Assembly (NCBI GenBank): GCA_048594975.1
Contig: JBMDXQ010000145.1
Coordinates: forward strand, 55,284-119,283
Length of the DNA: 64,000 nt
Direction of reading: 5' to 3'
Source: Vicinamibacterales bacterium
Lineage (GTDB): Bacteria; Acidobacteriota; Vicinamibacteria; Vicinamibacterales; 2-12-FULL-66-21
This document shows, one piece after another, positions 21,951-30,958 of the stretch (its first letter is position 1; each line of letters starts with the position of its first letter). Under the pieces are notes generated by a model. The model did no database searches and was not told the DNA's origin. It saw only the letters and a program-made list of their open reading frames with translations. A program made the position numbers and the translations under genes.

Positions 21951-23173
21951 CAGAACATCTTGCTGAACTTGGTGAGATAGCGGAAGCCTTCGCCGCCGCC
22001 GGTGGCGATATCGAACCGGAAGAAGACGGCCTGGGCGGTGTTGAAGCGGAAGCCGATCCCGTAGGCGCGCTTCATGTGGCCGAACTCGAGGTCGGCGGCG
22101 CGCGGCGCGACCGTGCCCCAATCGGTGAACAGCGCCATGTCGAGCAGGCCGAAGGCCTCCCACCGGTACTCGAGATTGAAGAAGACGGCGCTGTCGTCCC
22201 GGAAGCGGTAGTCGGCCACGCTTCGAAGGGAGGTGGGTCCGCCGATCGTCGGCTTGAGGTAGAACGGGGTCTGCTGCCCGTCGTGCGGGCTCGTCGTCGT
22301 CAGGCGCGCCTGAACGGCGAACACCCGCTTCTTGTCGAAGATCGGGAAGAACTGCTGCAGGCGGGCGTCCAGGCCGTCGAATCCGTAGAGGTCCAGCTCG
22401 GTATCCGATTGCCGCCGCCAGGTGAGCGTGTAGTAGCCCCCGTTTCGCGCGTTCCCGGGCTCGTCGCGGTAGTCGTAGACGGCGAACAGGTCGGTGTAGG
22501 TGAACGCCGGCTGTGCCGCCAGCCCGGGTGCCGCCGCGTCATCGAACCGCTCTTCGAGCGAGGGGTATCCCGAGTCGGTGCCCGGCCCGAGATCGGGGCT
22601 CATCCGGCCGATGCGGGTGCCCACCTCGAGGCCGTCGTGCGGCCGCACGATGGCGCGCCCCTCGAATCGCCGGTTGTCCAGCAGGTAGCTGACGCGATCG
22701 CCTGCGAGCGACTCGGCGCCGAGGCCGTAGAAGTCTTCCTGCGGGTGGTGGTGGTAGGTCGCCTCGACGCCCACTTCGAGGCGCTCCTTCGCGAGGTAGG
22801 GCAGCGAGAAATCCACGCGCGCGAGCTGGTAGTTGCGGAAGGTCCAGCCGCCCTCGAGTTCGACTCGTGCAGTACGATCGAACAGGTCGTGGCGGAATCC
22901 GCCGCCCAGCCCAATCCCCGATCCGATCGGCTTGTGCGTATACCCCCATTCGACGAAGAAGCCGTTGTGCGGGGCGATGCGCGCGAGCGGGTACTGCGGG
23001 TCGAACCTCAGGAGGAGTCTCTCCAGGCGCCCCGGCTCGTAGGGACGGAGCTGCCTGGCCTTCTCCGCCCGCTGCGCTTCGAGCAGCGCCGCGCGCGTGT
23101 CCTGGGCCAGCGCTGGGCTCGAGGCGCACACGAGTGACGCCGCGACGGAGGCACACAGAACGCGGCCGAGCAT
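21950..23173 (-). CDS. Omp85/BamA-family outer-membrane barrel lacking POTRA repeats
   Basis: Start set at MLGRVLCASVAASLVCASSPALAQ. Motif IGGPTSLRSVADYRFRDD (GGxxxLRGY-like). C-terminal ...YLTKFSKMF. Confidence 0.7.
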   Translation of the reverse strand: MLGRVLCASVAASLVCASSPALAQDTRAALLEAQRAEKARQLRPYEPGRLERLLLRFDPQYPLARIAPHNGFFVEWGYTHKPIGSGIGLGGGFRHDLFDRTARVELEGGWTFRNYQLARVDFSLPYLAKERLEVGVEATYHHHPQEDFYGLGAESLAGDRVSYLLDNRRFEGRAIVRPHDGLEVGTRIGRMSPDLGPGTDSGYPSLEERFDDAAAPGLAAQPAFTYTDLFAVYDYRDEPGNARNGGYYTLTWRRQSDTELDLYGFDGLDARLQQFFPIFDKKRVFAVQARLTTTSPHDGQQTPFYLKPTIGGPTSLRSVADYRFRDDSAVFFNLEYRWEAFGLLDMALFTDWGTVAPRAADLEFGHMKRAYGIGFRFNTAQAVFFRFDIATGGGEGFRYLTKFSKMF

Positions 23174-23195
23174 AGGGTAAAGACGATAACGTAGA

Positions 23196-24008
23196 ATGCC
23201 TGACTTGACCACTACGAGTTCGGAGACGCGTTCCGATTCCCCGCAATCACCGCCCCGGCGGCGGTCACTGCTGCCGCCTTCCTACGAGCGCGCGGTCGGG
23301 CACGCGCGCCGCATCGAGTTCGCGGCGGACCGGCCGATCCGCGCGCGGAACAAGGTCAGTTACCGGCTGGCGCACTGGCCGATCTGGATCTGGGTGTTCT
23401 TCATCGCTCCCGGTCCGCTCACCTTCGACCTGTTCGAGCGCGGCTTCGACGGCCGCATGGCGCTGTGGCTCGCCGTGGTGATCCTCGGCACGGGTGTGGC
23501 CGGCCTGCGCGGCAGGCTGCCCGGCGTCGAGCCGCGGCCTTACATCATCCGGTTCACCGAGGACCGGCCCAACCCGCTGTACCGGCGGGTGTGCTACACG
23601 CTGGCGTGGAGCGAGATGATCGGGTTCGCCCTCCTCAACGTCGCCGGGATGGTCACGGCGCTCCTTACCGGCGAATGGCGGCTCCGGCAGCTGTACGACG
23701 CCTTCTACTTCCCGATCGCAGGGACAATCTGGGTGCTCGGCGCGCTGGGCCGCCTGCCGCGCGTCTGGACGTCCACCAGGGGCGAAGGGCACGAGCGGCG
23801 GTACTTCTATGGCTCGGCCTGGGCGGTGTGCATCGCGCAGCCGGTGCTCTGGCTGCTCTGGAAAGCGCTCCCGCACACCCGCACCGCGGATGCCGTCAAG
23901 CTCGCGGCGTTTCTCGCCGTTCTCGCCTGGGTCGGGAACATGGCGCGCCGGGGGCTGCTGCCGAGGACGCGGCCGATCGTGCCGGGGGAGCTGGCCGTTT
24001 CCGACTGA
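23196..24008 (+). CDS. Integral membrane protein, hypothetical
   Basis: 270 aa with about 6 hydrophobic segments (WPIWIWVFFIAPGPL etc.). Only 22 bp from the divergent Omp85 start, so the start is uncertain. Confidence 0.5.
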   Translation: MPDLTTTSSETRSDSPQSPPRRRSLLPPSYERAVGHARRIEFAADRPIRARNKVSYRLAHWPIWIWVFFIAPGPLTFDLFERGFDGRMALWLAVVILGTGVAGLRGRLPGVEPRPYIIRFTEDRPNPLYRRVCYTLAWSEMIGFALLNVAGMVTALLTGEWRLRQLYDAFYFPIAGTIWVLGALGRLPRVWTSTRGEGHERRYFYGSAWAVCIAQPVLWLLWKALPHTRTADAVKLAAFLAVLAWVGNMARRGLLPRTRPIVPGELAVSD

Positions 24009-24017
24009 CGGTCGGGG

Positions 24018-25181
24018 ATGAAGCCGCGCGTCCTGTTCGTCAACGGCGGCATTCTCGGCCTGCTCACGTTCCACCACTACCTCCAGCGGATGCTGCCCAC
24101 GCAGTCGGCCGTCGACTGGGAGCAGATCCTGCTGACCGAGGGGCTCTCGCTTCGGGCGCGCGCGGTGCGCCGCCTGCTCGCGACGAGGGTGTGGAAGGAC
24201 GGGCTGTTCGGCGTCTCGAACCTGGACCTGGCCCGCTTCAGGCTGGAGCTCTTTTCCGGGCTGCTCGCGCGGCACCGGATCGCGCGCTCCGGCCGCTGCG
24301 ACGTGCTCCACTTCCACCGCCAGGCCACCGCCTACGGCAGCCTCGACCTGATGCGGCGCGTGCCCTCCATCGTCGCGATCGACTGCACGCAGGACTGCGT
24401 GATGCAGATGGCCACGACGCGGCTGGAGCGCGCCACCTACGAGGCCAACGCACGGATGGACGGCGCCATCTTCCGCCGCGCGGCGGCCCTCGTGGCGACG
24501 TCGCGGTGGGCGGCCGAGTCGGTGCGGCGGCGCTACGGGGAGCGGACGGCACCGATCCACGTGATCCCCAATCCGGTTCTGAACGATGACTTCGACCCGG
24601 CATGGATCGAGCGGCGAGCCGCGCGCGCTCCGGCGGGCCACCGGCCGCGGTTCCTGTTCGTCGGCGGCGATTTCCCGCGCAAGGGCGGTTTCGACCTGCT
24701 CACCGTCTGGACGGAGGGCGGCTTTCACACGCGTGCGCGCCTCGAGATCGTGACCGACTGGCCGCTGACCGGTCCGATGCCGGAGGGGGTGACGCTGCAC
24801 CGCGGCGTCCGGGCGCATAGCGCCGAGTGGGCTGCCCGGTGGGCGGACGCCGACGTGTTCGTGCTGCCGACGCGCAACGAGGCGTTCGGTCTCGTGTTCC
24901 AGGAAGCCGCAGCGGCCGGACTGCCGGCGATCGGCACGCGCGAGAACGCGGTGCCGGAGATCGTGGTGGACGGCGACACCGGCCTGCTCGTGCCGGTCGG
25001 CGACCGCACCGCGCTCGCCGCGGCAATGGACCGCCTCGCCGCCTCGCCGGAGCTGCGCGAGCGTCTCGGCCGTTGCGCGCGCGCGTTCGTCGAGCGGGCC
25101 GCCGATCCCGCGGCTTACCTGGCGAAGCTCGTCGCCCTCCTTGTCGAGGCAGCGCGGCGCGGCGCCCACCCGCCGGCGTGA
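24018..25181 (+). CDS. Glycosyltransferase family 4 (GT-B)
   Basis: 387 aa. PTRNEAFGLVFQEAAAAGLPAIGTRENAVPEIVVDGDTGLLV (E-x7-E region). Confidence 0.8.
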   Translation: MKPRVLFVNGGILGLLTFHHYLQRMLPTQSAVDWEQILLTEGLSLRARAVRRLLATRVWKDGLFGVSNLDLARFRLELFSGLLARHRIARSGRCDVLHFHRQATAYGSLDLMRRVPSIVAIDCTQDCVMQMATTRLERATYEANARMDGAIFRRAAALVATSRWAAESVRRRYGERTAPIHVIPNPVLNDDFDPAWIERRAARAPAGHRPRFLFVGGDFPRKGGFDLLTVWTEGGFHTRARLEIVTDWPLTGPMPEGVTLHRGVRAHSAEWAARWADADVFVLPTRNEAFGLVFQEAAAAGLPAIGTRENAVPEIVVDGDTGLLVPVGDRTALAAAMDRLAASPELRERLGRCARAFVERAADPAAYLAKLVALLVEAARRGAHPPA

Positions 25182-25231
25182 CGTCCAGCTGGCGAAAAGT
25201 CTCCGCGCGCGCGATGCGCTAGCATCTGAGC

Positions 25232-27706
25232 ATGCAGGCGGGTACCGCATCGAGCGCCGCCGCGGACCTATCGCGGCTGCTGGCCGCGTTCGTCGCCGAA
25301 CGCTATCCGTTTGCGCTCGCGACCGTCCGCGAGGCCTTCGCCGCCGCCGGCGGCCCCCGCGCCCGCGACGCGGCCGGCATCGACGCGCTGCGCCGGCCCT
25401 TCCAGGCCCGCCTGCGCGCGGCGTTCGACAGCGTCGCCGTCGACCCTGCGGCCGAGGCCGTTCCGGGCGTGAAGATCGTGCAGCGCATGGCGGGTGCCGT
25501 CGATGAACTGGTCGAGGCGTGCGACGCGTTGCTCCGCCGCGCCGCGATCCGCGCCTCGCTGACGGCGGCCGAACGGCGCGAGATCCTCACGGGCATGGTG
25601 CGCACGCGTGCGACGGACAACCGCCTGAAGGCCTTCTTCAGCGGCAGCGAGATCCGCTACGGCGACGCGCCGTTCCAGGGCAAGGGGTTCCGTTCGCTCG
25701 GGCAGGAAGCGATCTACGCCGCCGCGATCCGGCTGCGCCGCGGCGATGAGTACCTGAAGGAGGACGGCTGGCACGGCGACGTGGTCGCGCCGATGATCCG
25801 CGATGCCGGCGCTGCGCTGGGCATGCGGCCCGGGCCCGAGACGATCCGGATGGTGCTCTCGGCGCAGATGGGCAAGGCGGGCCCGCCGATGGGCGGCAAG
25901 GACCTGCACATCGGCGACCTCGATCACGGCATCCTGCCACCGGCCGCCCCGCTCGCCATCAGCGTCCTCACCGCCGCCGGGCTGGCGATGGCGTTCGCCC
26001 GCCAGGCCGACGGGCGCGTGGTCATCTCGTTCATCGGCGAAGGCGGCACGTCGCTCGGCGAATGGCACGAGGCGATCAACCTGTGCGCCGTGCGCCGGTT
26101 GCCGGCGGTGTTCTGCGTGGAGAACAACCAGACGGCGCTTTCCACGCCCGTGGCGGAGCAGTCGGCGGCGCGGACGTTCGCCGACAAGGCCGCCGGCTAC
26201 GGCATTCCGGGGTTCACCATCGACGGCACCGACCCGGACGAGATCGCCGCCGCCTTCGCGTGGGCGGTCGAACGGGCCCGCGCCGGCCGCGGCCCGGCGC
26301 TGATCGAACTGCTCTGCATGCGCATGTGCGGGCATGCGCACCACGACGACATGCTGTATCTCGGCAAGGACGCACCGCCGTCGTGGGAGTACCCGCCGCT
26401 CGCCGATCAAGGGTACGCCGATCGGGATCTGTACTCGTTCTGGGCGGCACGCGATCCGATCGCGCGCTACGCCGAGCGGCTGGTCAAGGACGGCGTCATC
26501 GAGGCGGGCGATCTCGAGCGCCTGAAGCGCGAGGCGGACGCGCTCGTCGAGGAACAGGCCCGGCGCGTCATCGAGGCGCCGTGGCCGGATCCGGCGGGCG
26601 CCGGCGCGGGCGTCCTGCAGGGCGAACCGCCGCGGGTGCGCGTGGAGGTGCTGGATCCGGCGGTGCGCGATCGCGCGCGCGCCGCCGACCTGCCGCCGGT
26701 CGAAGCCGCGCCGCCCTTCGACCGGGGCGGCGCGACGTTCCTGGAGGCGGTCATGCTGGGCGTCGGCGACGCGCTGCGCAGCGATCGCCGCGTGTTCGTC
26801 TACGGCCAGGACGTGGGCGGCCGCTACGGCAACGCCTTCCTGCTGCTCCGTCCGTTGCTCGGCGAGTTCGGCGAGCGGCTGGTCAACTCTCCGCTGGCGG
26901 AAAGCGCGGTGATCGGCGTGTGCATCGGTGCGGCGCTCGCCGGCGAGCGGCCCATCGGCGAGATGCAGTTCAACGACTTCGTCGCAACCGGCTTCAATCA
27001 GCTCGTCAACAACGCGGCGAAGATCCGCTACCGCTGGGGCGGGTCGGTGCCCATGGTGTTGCGCATGCCGTGGGGCGGCCTGCGCCACGCCGGTCCCTAT
27101 CACAGCCAGAACACCGAAGCGTGGTTCTACCGCGTGCCGGGCCTGAAGATCGTGGTGCCCTCGACGCCCGCGGATGCCCGCGCGTTGATGGCCGCCGCGG
27201 TCGCCGATCCGGATCCGGTCCTCTACTACGAGCACATCGCGCTCTACCGCGATCCGCGCGTCCGGCAGGTGCTCGGGAGTGAGGCGCCCACCCCGCTGCC
27301 CATTGGCCGGGCGGCGCTGCGGCGTGCCGGCGCGCACCTCGCCCTCGTGTCCTACGGCGCGTACGCGCACGCCGCCATGCGGGTCGCCGGGCGGCTCGCC
27401 TCGGACGGCATCGAGGCGAGCGTGCTGGACCTGCGGACGATCGCGCCGCTCGATCGCGAGACGCTCCTCGCCGTCACCCGGCACTGCGGCCGGGTGCTCG
27501 TCGTCCACGAAGACACGCGCACCGGCGGCATCGGCGAGAGCGTCGCCGCCATCATCCAGGAAGAAGCGTTCGAGTGGCTCGACGCGCCCGTGCGCGTCCT
27601 CGGCGCGCTCGACACGCCCGTCCCTTACTCGCCGCCGCTCGAGGAGCGGTTCCTGCCTGGCGAGGCGGAGATCGAGCGCGCCGCCCGCCTCCTCGCCGCC
27701 TACTGA
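25232..27706 (+). CDS. Fused 2-oxoacid dehydrogenase E1 component, alpha plus beta subunits (ThDP-dependent)
   Basis: 824 aa. The alpha part contains the ThDP motif ISFIGEGGTSLGEWHEAINLCAVRRLPAVFCVENNQ. The beta part contains GEMQFNDF and the transketolase C-terminal-like region. Confidence 0.8.
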   Translation: MQAGTASSAAADLSRLLAAFVAERYPFALATVREAFAAAGGPRARDAAGIDALRRPFQARLRAAFDSVAVDPAAEAVPGVKIVQRMAGAVDELVEACDALLRRAAIRASLTAAERREILTGMVRTRATDNRLKAFFSGSEIRYGDAPFQGKGFRSLGQEAIYAAAIRLRRGDEYLKEDGWHGDVVAPMIRDAGAALGMRPGPETIRMVLSAQMGKAGPPMGGKDLHIGDLDHGILPPAAPLAISVLTAAGLAMAFARQADGRVVISFIGEGGTSLGEWHEAINLCAVRRLPAVFCVENNQTALSTPVAEQSAARTFADKAAGYGIPGFTIDGTDPDEIAAAFAWAVERARAGRGPALIELLCMRMCGHAHHDDMLYLGKDAPPSWEYPPLADQGYADRDLYSFWAARDPIARYAERLVKDGVIEAGDLERLKREADALVEEQARRVIEAPWPDPAGAGAGVLQGEPPRVRVEVLDPAVRDRARAADLPPVEAAPPFDRGGATFLEAVMLGVGDALRSDRRVFVYGQDVGGRYGNAFLLLRPLLGEFGERLVNSPLAESAVIGVCIGAALAGERPIGEMQFNDFVATGFNQLVNNAAKIRYRWGGSVPMVLRMPWGGLRHAGPYHSQNTEAWFYRVPGLKIVVPSTPADARALMAAAVADPDPVLYYEHIALYRDPRVRQVLGSEAPTPLPIGRAALRRAGAHLALVSYGAYAHAAMRVAGRLASDGIEASVLDLRTIAPLDRETLLAVTRHCGRVLVVHEDTRTGGIGESVAAIIQEEAFEWLDAPVRVLGALDTPVPYSPPLEERFLPGEAEIERAARLLAAY

Positions 27707-27796
27707 ACGGGTCACGGCACACGCGTGGTGGCGCGTCTCGTCCTGTCCGGCGCGCCGCGGTTGGTGTGTCAGCGCGGTCGCATCCACGTATCTCAT

Positions 27797-27826
27797 TTGA
27801 CACAGACGAGCTGGATCTGCGAAAAT
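27797..27826 (+). promoter_or_regulatory. Candidate sigma-70-type promoter for the EPS regulator/operon
   Basis: Perfect TTGACA (27797-27802), an 18-nt spacer, then GAAAAT (27821-27826). Lies in the only AT-richer stretch of the 211-nt intergenic region, about 90 nt upstream of ATG 27918. Confidence 0.35.
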
Positions 27827-27917
27827 TCGTTCTGTTCCCCACAATTCGACTTCCCCTGCCCGGCAGCGCGCCCGCGCGGCCCGCTGTGACCGAGAGGGCG
27901 GAGCCGTCCCACCCGCC

Positions 27918-28898
27918 ATGTCGAACCAGTCACTGATCCGCCGGACGCCCCCGGCCCTCGCCGGGGCGTCGGATGCAGCACGACGCGCGCAGGCGTCCGC
28001 CGAGCGCGCGGCATCGCGCCGTACACCGCTGCTGCTGTCGTGCAAACCCGGCTGCCGCCCGCGTGAGATCGCCGAGTCCATTCACGCCCGCGGCGACGGC
28101 GGCGCCCCGTTCGCGGCGCTCGACTGCACGGCGGCAGATGCGGCGGCGGTCGCGTCGCAGCTGTTCGGCCAGGCGGCCGCACGGGGCGCGTCCGCCGATC
28201 TCGAGGTGCTCGGTCCGGGCTCGCTCCTGCTCGCGACCGACCGCGGCACGCTCTTCGTCGAGGCGATCGACGAGCTTCCGGCTGCCGCGCAGCGCCGGCT
28301 GGCGCGCGTGCTGCGCGACGGCGAGGCGCGGGCCGGCCATGGCGTGGTGCCGATTCGCTGCCGTCTGATCGCCTCGGCCTCGCCGGATCTCGCCGCGGAG
28401 GTGCGAACCGGCCGATTCCGTCACGACCTGTATCGCCGGCTGAACGCGGACCGCATCGACGTGCCGCCGCTGCGGCAGCGCCCCGAAGACCTGCCGGCGG
28501 TCATCGAGGCGCTGCTCGGACCGGCGGTCGACGGCCGGCCGGCGCGCTCGTTCACGCGGCCGGCGCTGACCGTGCTCGCGGCGCTGCCCTGGACGGAGAA
28601 CGTCGACGAGCTGGCCGCGCTGCTGGCCCGCGTGCTGCGCGAGGCCGGGCCGGAGGTGCGCCAGGAGGACGTGCTCACGCAGCTGCCCATCGACGGTGCG
28701 TTCAAGCGGCCGGATCTCACCGCCAGCCTGCGCGAGGCGCGGCAGCGCTTCGAGCGTGAGTACATCGCCGCCGTCCTCGAGCGGCACCAGTGGCGGATGG
28801 TCGACGCTGCGCGCGCCCTCGGCATCGAGCGCGCCAACCTGTATCGCAAGACACGGCAGCTCGGGATTACCCGCGCCCCGCGTGTCGCGCCGACGTAG
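27918..28898 (+). CDS. Enhancer-binding-protein-like regulator with degenerate AAA+ motifs and Fis-type HTH (no receiver domain)
   Basis: 326 aa. AAA+ sigma-54-interaction-like core (RFRHDLYRRLNADRIDVPPLRQRPEDLP). Walker A is replaced by CKPGCRPRE, Walker B by FVEAIDEL, and GAFTGA by AARGAS. The C-terminal HTH is MVDAARALGIERANLYRKTRQLGI. Confidence 0.7.
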   Translation: MSNQSLIRRTPPALAGASDAARRAQASAERAASRRTPLLLSCKPGCRPREIAESIHARGDGGAPFAALDCTAADAAAVASQLFGQAAARGASADLEVLGPGSLLLATDRGTLFVEAIDELPAAAQRRLARVLRDGEARAGHGVVPIRCRLIASASPDLAAEVRTGRFRHDLYRRLNADRIDVPPLRQRPEDLPAVIEALLGPAVDGRPARSFTRPALTVLAALPWTENVDELAALLARVLREAGPEVRQEDVLTQLPIDGAFKRPDLTASLREARQRFEREYIAAVLERHQWRMVDAARALGIERANLYRKTRQLGITRAPRVAPT

Positions 28899-28910
28899 AG
28901 GGACGGACCC

Positions 28911-30134
28911 ATGGTGCACGCGAAAAGAAGCCGGCTGGTTGCGGCGGTGCTGCTGCTCCTCTGGAGCCTGGGGTGGGTCCGCCTGGCCGGCGCCCAGGGT
29001 CCCGATCCGGAGCGGGCGCCGCTGAAGCTCGGCCCCCTGGAGCTGTGGCCGGTCCTGGTCGTCCGCAACGTCGGCGTCGACGACAACGTCTTCAACGAGG
29101 CCGAGGAGCCGAAGAGCGATTTCACGTTCACGGCGGCCCCGACGCTCGATCTCGTCTTGCGGCCGCCGCGGACCCGGCTCTCGTTCGTGACCGGCAGCGA
29201 GTATGCGTACTTTCGTGACTACGCCGACGAGCGCCACATCAATCGCACCCTCGGCGCGCGCGTCGAGTTCGACCTCACGCGCTTCCATCCCTTTGCCGCC
29301 GCCACCGTCCAGCGCTTCCGCGAGCGGCCGAGCGCGGAGATCGACCTCCGCGCGCGCAGCCGGCTGCACTCCTACACCGCCGGCGTTCGCGTGCCGCTCG
29401 GGCCGGTGGTGTCCGCGACCGTTGCCGCGCGGCGGCAGACGAGCCGCTTCGATCAGGGACAGCAGTTCCGCGGCGCCGAGCTCGACGTGGAGCTGAACGC
29501 CGAGAACCGCGGGCTCGACGGCGCGCTCGCCTTTCAGGTGACGCCGATTACGAGTGTGAGCGTGGCGATCTCCAGGGAGGAAGATCGTTTCGAGCTGTCG
29601 CCGCTGCGCAACGCAGACTCGCTGCGCGTGGCGCCGACGGTCACGTTCACGCCGCTCGGGGCGTTCAGCGGGTCCGCCTTCATCGGCTGGCGCCGGTTCG
29701 ACGCGCTCGACGCCAGCATCGAGGATTACTCCGGCCTGGTCGCCGGCGGGACGGTCGGCGTCCACATCGTCGACCGCTACCACGTCGAGGCCGCCTTCTC
29801 ACGGGACGTCCGCTACTCGTACGAGGCGGCGACACCCACGTACCTGTGGATGGCCGGCCGGGGGACGCTGCGCACCGACCTGTTCGGCGGGGTCGACGTG
29901 CGTGTCCTGGGCGGCCGCGAGGTGATCGCCTACCGCGCGGTTCTCGACGCGGCCGCGCCGGCGCCGCGCGACTCGGTCGTCATCTACGGCGGAGGGGTCG
30001 GCTACAACGTCCGCGATCGCCTCCGCGTCGGCGTCGACGCAGAACACTCGACACGCAGTTCGGGCCTGGCGCCGCGCGGCTACACCGGCAACCGCGTGTT
30101 CGCATCGCTCACCTGGGGAGTACGCCAGCAATGA
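28911..30134 (+). CDS. EPS-associated outer-membrane beta-barrel protein (putative)
   Basis: 407 aa. Signal peptide LVAAVLLLLWSLGWVRLAGAQ. Alternating strand pattern throughout. First structural gene of the EPS operon. Confidence 0.55.
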   Translation: MVHAKRSRLVAAVLLLLWSLGWVRLAGAQGPDPERAPLKLGPLELWPVLVVRNVGVDDNVFNEAEEPKSDFTFTAAPTLDLVLRPPRTRLSFVTGSEYAYFRDYADERHINRTLGARVEFDLTRFHPFAAATVQRFRERPSAEIDLRARSRLHSYTAGVRVPLGPVVSATVAARRQTSRFDQGQQFRGAELDVELNAENRGLDGALAFQVTPITSVSVAISREEDRFELSPLRNADSLRVAPTVTFTPLGAFSGSAFIGWRRFDALDASIEDYSGLVAGGTVGVHIVDRYHVEAAFSRDVRYSYEAATPTYLWMAGRGTLRTDLFGGVDVRVLGGREVIAYRAVLDAAAPAPRDSVVIYGGGVGYNVRDRLRVGVDAEHSTRSSGLAPRGYTGNRVFASLTWGVRQQ

Positions 30135-30958
30135 CGACAGTCCTGATCGCTCTGATGGTGCTCCTGGTGCAGGTGACGGCGCAGCCGCCGGCGGACACGG
30201 GAGCGGACGAGTACGTGGTCGGCGTCGGCGACGAGCTGCAGCTCACGGTCTTCGGCGAGGACGACATGACCCGCGAGCGGCTGGTCGTCGATGCCGACGG
30301 CACGATCGAGGTGCCGCAGCTCGGCCGCGTCCCTGCAGCGGGCAGGACGCCGCGCCAGATCCAGGACGGGATCGCCGATCAGCTGCTCGAGCGGAAGATC
30401 TTCGTCCGGCGGCCGTCCGTCGCGATCCGGGTGATCGTCTACCGCAGCCAGACCATACGCGTCGAGGGCCAGGTGCGGAATCCCGGGGTGATCGTCATGG
30501 AGGGCATGCTGAGCCTCGCCGACGCGATCTACAAGGCGCAGGGGCTCACGGCGGATGCCGGGGCCGTCGTTCACGTGTACCGCGCGCAGCCGGGCGATGC
30601 CGCGGCCCTCCCGCTCGATCGACAGCCCGACATCGAGATCTCGCGCGAGGACGTCGATGCGGGCCGCGCCCTCCACATCCGGCTGCGCGACGGCGATCGG
30701 GTGCACGTCCCGCGCGCCCCGACGTTCAAGGTCACCGGGCACGTCCGGTCGCCCGCAATCTACACCTGGCGGCCGAAGCTCACGGTGTGGGAGGCGGTGT
30801 CCGCCCTCGCCGGCGGGCTGACGGAGCGCGGGGCCAAGGGCCGCATCCAGATCTTCCGCGTCGTCGACGGCCGGCGGCAGACGATCGACGTCCACAAACC
30901 GGAGGAGGAGCTGGTGCAGCCCGACGACACGATCAACGTGCGGGGACGCATCATCTGA
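30131..30958 (+). CDS. wza: Polysaccharide export protein, Wza-like (Poly_export plus SLBB)
   Basis: Internal start MTTVLIALMVLLV of ORF-track 29846..30958, with an ATGA overlap. Y.VG.GD.L...VFGEDD......VD.DG.I..P.LG.V.A.G.T motif. Confidence 0.8.
   Translation: MTTVLIALMVLLVQVTAQPPADTGADEYVVGVGDELQLTVFGEDDMTRERLVVDADGTIEVPQLGRVPAAGRTPRQIQDGIADQLLERKIFVRRPSVAIRVIVYRSQTIRVEGQVRNPGVIVMEGMLSLADAIYKAQGLTADAGAVVHVYRAQPGDAAALPLDRQPDIEISREDVDAGRALHIRLRDGDRVHVPRAPTFKVTGHVRSPAIYTWRPKLTVWEAVSALAGGLTERGAKGRIQIFRVVDGRRQTIDVHKPEEELVQPDDTINVRGRII

Noticed and set aside
23174-23212. Longer Omp85 start (MVKSGILRYRLYP...) at 23212.
   Set aside because: It would overlap the divergent gene's start. The Met at 23173 begins a normal signal peptide (MLGRVLCASVAASLVCASSPALAQ).
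27707-27917. Sigma-54 (-24/-12) promoter upstream of the EBP-like regulator/EPS operon.
   Set aside because: The only resemblance is CGGCAC at 27715-27720, without a correctly spaced GC/TTGC element. The regulator itself lacks GAFTGA.
25268-28081. 937-aa minus-strand ORF. Similar giants are 36291..39281 (-, 996 aa), 53298..56237 (-, 979 aa), 5242..6582 (-), 16192..17274 (-), 57283..58734 (-) and 61409..63190 (-).
   Set aside because: Their translations are Arg/Ala/Gly/Pro-rich low-complexity sequence. They lie antisense to genes with clear family motifs, which is the expected stop-codon-poor artefact of very GC-rich DNA.
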